This document shows, piece after piece, positions 61,298 to 64,000 of a stretch of 64,000 nt of DNA. The position numbers and the translations under genes are program-made. Source of the stretch: an uncultured Acidobacteriota bacterium. GTDB taxonomy: Bacteria; Acidobacteriota; Thermoanaerobaculia; Gp7-AA8. Position 1 is the first letter of the stretch; each line of letters begins with the position of its first letter. The notes beneath the pieces were generated by a model. It ran no database searches. It saw only the letters and a list, made by a program, of their open reading frames with translations, and was not told the DNA's origin. The stretch is taken from assembly GCA_963741955.1 (NCBI GenBank), contig CAVUKB010000004.1, positions 384,001 through 448,000 of the forward strand. The letters run 5' to 3'.

Positions 61298-62893
61298 ATG
61301 CCCCGGACCCCGCTGTTCCGTCTCCTCGGACGCGCTCTGCGCGAGGCGCAGGCGGCGAACCACCTCGGCATGAGCAGCAGCGAGATGGTCGACGGCCGTC
61401 GCGTCCATCGCGTCGACCGTCGCGAGTTCCTTGCGGTCACTGCCGCGGCAACAGCAGGTCTGGCCCTAAGCGGCTGCAAGACGGCCGCACCGGTGGAGCC
61501 GCCAGCAGACGAAGGCGACCCGGTTCTCATTGTCGGAGCCGGCATCGCCGGTCTCACCGCGGCGTACCGGCTCGGGCAGAAGGGCATTCCGGCTCGGGTG
61601 ATCGAAGCCCAAAGCCGCGTCGGCGGCCGCATGTACAGCATCCGCAACTTCTTCGCCGACGGACAGGTGGCGGAGCTCGGGGGAGAGCTGATCGACACGA
61701 ACCATACCGAGATCAGGAACCTCGCCGCGGAGCTCGGGATCGCGCTGGACGACCTCTCGCTCGAGTCTCCCGGAATTCACGCCGACATCTTCTATTTCGA
61801 CGGGGCGGTGCGCACGGAGGAGGAGGTGGTCGAGGCATTCCAGCCGATCGCGGCGATGATCGAGAGGGATCTCGCGACGCTGACTGGCGACGACGTCACG
61901 TACCGCGCTCCGAGCAACGCCGAGGCGCTCGACCGGAGGACCATCGCGCAGTGGCTCGACCAGAACGGAGTGAGCGGATGGATCCGAACGCTGCTCGATG
62001 TCGGATACACCACTGAATTCGGACTGGAGCTCGACGAGCAGTCGTCGCTCAATCTCCTCACCATGATCGACACGAACCCCGATCCATTTCACATCTTCGG
62101 CGAGAGCGACGAGCGCTTCCACACTCATGACGGGAACGACACTATCCCCACCGCACTCGCACGCCGGCTGGAGCGCGACGTGGAGACGAACACGTTTCTC
62201 GAGTCGCTGTCCGAGCGTGCGGACGGCTCATTTCTCGCTTCGGTGCGCCGGAATGGATCGAGCACCACGATCCGCGCTCCGCAGGTGGTGCTCGCGATTC
62301 CGTTCACCATCCTCCGCGATGTGCGGATCGACGTGGAACTGCCACCCGCAAAGGAGGCCGCGATCGCAACCCTCGGATACGGTACGAATGCGAAGGTGAT
62401 GGTGGGATTCGAACGGCGCGTCTGGCGCGACGAGTACGGGTCGAACGGGAGCGTGCTCACCGATCTCGCGTTCCAGCTCTCATGGGAGACGAGCCGGAAG
62501 CAGGAGGGGCGGTCCGGAATCCTGACGAACTTCACCGGCGGAAGACACGGCGTGGAGGTGGGGGAAGGAACGGATGCGGAACAGGCGCGGAAGTTCGCGG
62601 AGGATCTCGATCGCGTTTTTCCCGGGATCGCCGCAGCCCGCGGTGATTCGAAGGCAGTTCGCTTCCATTGGCCGACGTTCCGTTTGACGCGTGGGAGCTA
62701 CGCGACGTACCGTCCGGGGCAATGGACGACACTGCGGGGCGCGGAGGGAGAAGCGGTTCGCAATCTCTTCTTCGCCGGCGAGCACTGCTCGCTCGAGTTT
62801 CAGGGGTTTATGCAGGGCGGCTGCGAAACCGGAGAAGCGGCGGCGCGCGCAGTCGCGGCTGCGCGGGGAGTTGCTGCGCGAGGCGTCGCGTGA
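61298..62893 (+). CDS. Flavin-dependent amine oxidase family protein, predicted Tat-exported lipoprotein
   Basis: AGGAGG SD; DRREFL twin-Arg, LSGC lipobox, GAGIAG, EA..RVGGR, ELGGE, FAGEH, GFMQG. Confidence 0.88.
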   Translation: MPRTPLFRLLGRALREAQAANHLGMSSSEMVDGRRVHRVDRREFLAVTAAATAGLALSGCKTAAPVEPPADEGDPVLIVGAGIAGLTAAYRLGQKGIPARVIEAQSRVGGRMYSIRNFFADGQVAELGGELIDTNHTEIRNLAAELGIALDDLSLESPGIHADIFYFDGAVRTEEEVVEAFQPIAAMIERDLATLTGDDVTYRAPSNAEALDRRTIAQWLDQNGVSGWIRTLLDVGYTTEFGLELDEQSSLNLLTMIDTNPDPFHIFGESDERFHTHDGNDTIPTALARRLERDVETNTFLESLSERADGSFLASVRRNGSSTTIRAPQVVLAIPFTILRDVRIDVELPPAKEAAIATLGYGTNAKVMVGFERRVWRDEYGSNGSVLTDLAFQLSWETSRKQEGRSGILTNFTGGRHGVEVGEGTDAEQARKFAEDLDRVFPGIAAARGDSKAVRFHWPTFRLTRGSYATYRPGQWTTLRGAEGEAVRNLFFAGEHCSLEFQGFMQGGCETGEAAARAVAAARGVAARGVA

Positions 62894-62898
62894 AGCGC

Positions 62899-63225
62899 AG
62901 TGCCGCCCCCTGACGGGGCTCGCACTGATTCGAGCACGCGCGGCCCCGTGCTCTTATGGGCCTGGCTGAACAAAGTGGCACCCCTTCGGGCGCGTGCCGT
63001 GGCGTCTGCAAATCGCGCAAATGAAATGGTCATCGAAGCCGCGGTCCGCTCGTTCACCGCGGTCGTTCCTGCGGACGACGCCCGGCAGGATTATGGCAAA
63101 TCGCGCAAATGAGATCGTTCTCGAAGCCCCAGCCCTTTCCCTCACCGCACCCATTGCTGCCGTACGCGCCCGCACGACCTATGGCAAATCTGGAACGCGC
63201 CCGACCGAGGGATGGCAAATCGCGA
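62899..63225. repeat. Third copy of the composite repeat with 88-bp-period GCAAATCG units
   Basis: AGTGCCGCCCCCTGACGGGG at 62899 (cf. 61011); GCAAAT anchors at 63008, 63096, 63184, 63215. Confidence 0.85.
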
Positions 63226-63242
63226 GCGACCTTCGTGCGCCG

Positions 63243-64000
63243 TCAGCCGTGCCGGATCTCCATGATGTCGCCGTCGCGGACTTCATAATGCTTTCCTTCC
63301 AGTCGCCAGTGGCCGACTTCCTTCGCTTTTGCGAACGAGCCGTCCGCGGCGATGAAGTCGTCGTAGTGCACCACTTCGGCGCGGATGAAACGGTCGTAGA
63401 AGTCGGAGTGGATCACCCCGGCCGCATCCTGTGCGGTCATCCCGTCGCGGATGGTCCAGGCGCGGCATTCGTCTTCACCGACGGTGAGGAACGAGCGGAG
63501 CCCGAGGAGTGCGTAGGCCTCGCGGATCAGAGTGTCGAGCGCGGACTCGCGGATCCCGTACTCGTCCATGAACATCCGCGCGTCCTCGTTCGAGAGCTGC
63601 GAGATCTCCATGTCGATTTTTCCGAAGAATGCGGAGACGCGCGTCCGCAGCCCCGCTTTCGCACCGGCCACGCGGGCCACTTCATCCGCCATGATCTCCT
63701 GCTGGCTCTCGTCGAGGTTGAGAGCGATCAGCATCGGCTTGAGTGAAAGGAGCTGGTACGTCTTGAGGAGCTGCAGCTCTTCGGGTGAGAACTCCTCGTT
63801 GCGAAGGACCTTCTCGTCCTGAAGTGCGGCGAGACATCGCTCCAGTACCGGAAGCTCGCGTTTCGCGATGTCGTCCTGCGCGCGGCCGAGCTGTTTGTGG
63901 ATCCGCTCGATCCGCGGCTCGACGACCGCCATGTCGGCGAGGATGAATTCGGTGTCGAACGTTTCCACGTCGCGGAGCGGATCGATCTTCCCGTCGGGGT
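63243..64000 (-). CDS. ychF: Redox-regulated ATPase YchF (Obg family), 3' part (start outside window)
   Basis: IDPLRDVETFDTE, LLSLKP, FLTVGEDECRAWT, AAGVIHSDF...FIRAEV, RLEGKHYEVRDGD. Confidence 0.93.
   Translation of the reverse strand, partial: PDGKIDPLRDVETFDTEFILADMAVVEPRIERIHKQLGRAQDDIAKRELPVLERCLAALQDEKVLRNEEFSPEELQLLKTYQLLSLKPMLIALNLDESQQEIMADEVARVAGAKAGLRTRVSAFFGKIDMEISQLSNEDARMFMDEYGIRESALDTLIREAYALLGLRSFLTVGEDECRAWTIRDGMTAQDAAGVIHSDFYDRFIRAEVVHYDDFIAADGSFAKAKEVGHWRLEGKHYEVRDGDIMEIRHG

Noticed and set aside
60905-63225. Mini-CRISPR with GCAAATCGCGCAAATG repeats
   Set aside because: Intervening sequences are homologous to each other, there are few units and no cas genes.

Overview
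GC-rich bacterial chromosomal window, probably Acidobacteriota (Thermoanaerobaculia-like; this is inference from gene content and protein style). Core genes: fatty-acid desaturase, PilT, MacAB-like ABC exporter, TonB-like protein, pgeF-PBP1B, acpP-fabF, dacB, guaB, PLP decarboxylase, trmJ-like methyltransferase, ligA, SurA-like protein, a CIRCE-controlled hrcA-grpE-dnaK-dnaJ-prmA operon, a tricorn-like S41 protease and partial ychF. Accessory content: an intact IS1380-family element (8596-10312, CTAG duplication) inside a heptamer-repeat tract, a 51-bp mini-element made of two IS1380 ends, a cluster of small accessory genes, and a 1400-aa secreted FN3-repeat protein. The best candidate for an under-described system is at 52087-60797. 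There, two tandem excisionase/BldC-like HTH-PTS EIIA fusion regulators follow six TG-anchored direct repeats phased exactly 10 bp apart. They are translationally coupled to a six-gene hydrogenase-4-like (Ehr) membrane complex whose large subunit lacks the NiFe-binding cysteine motifs. The window also holds several unrelated intergenic repeat families: an 8-unit ~219-bp REP/BIME-like hairpin array with dispersed fragments, a 226-bp duplication, an 88-bp-period GCAAATCGCGCAAAT family bracketing an amine oxidase gene, and 31-, 9- and 7-bp tandem repeats. No rRNA, tRNA or CRISPR array was recognised.
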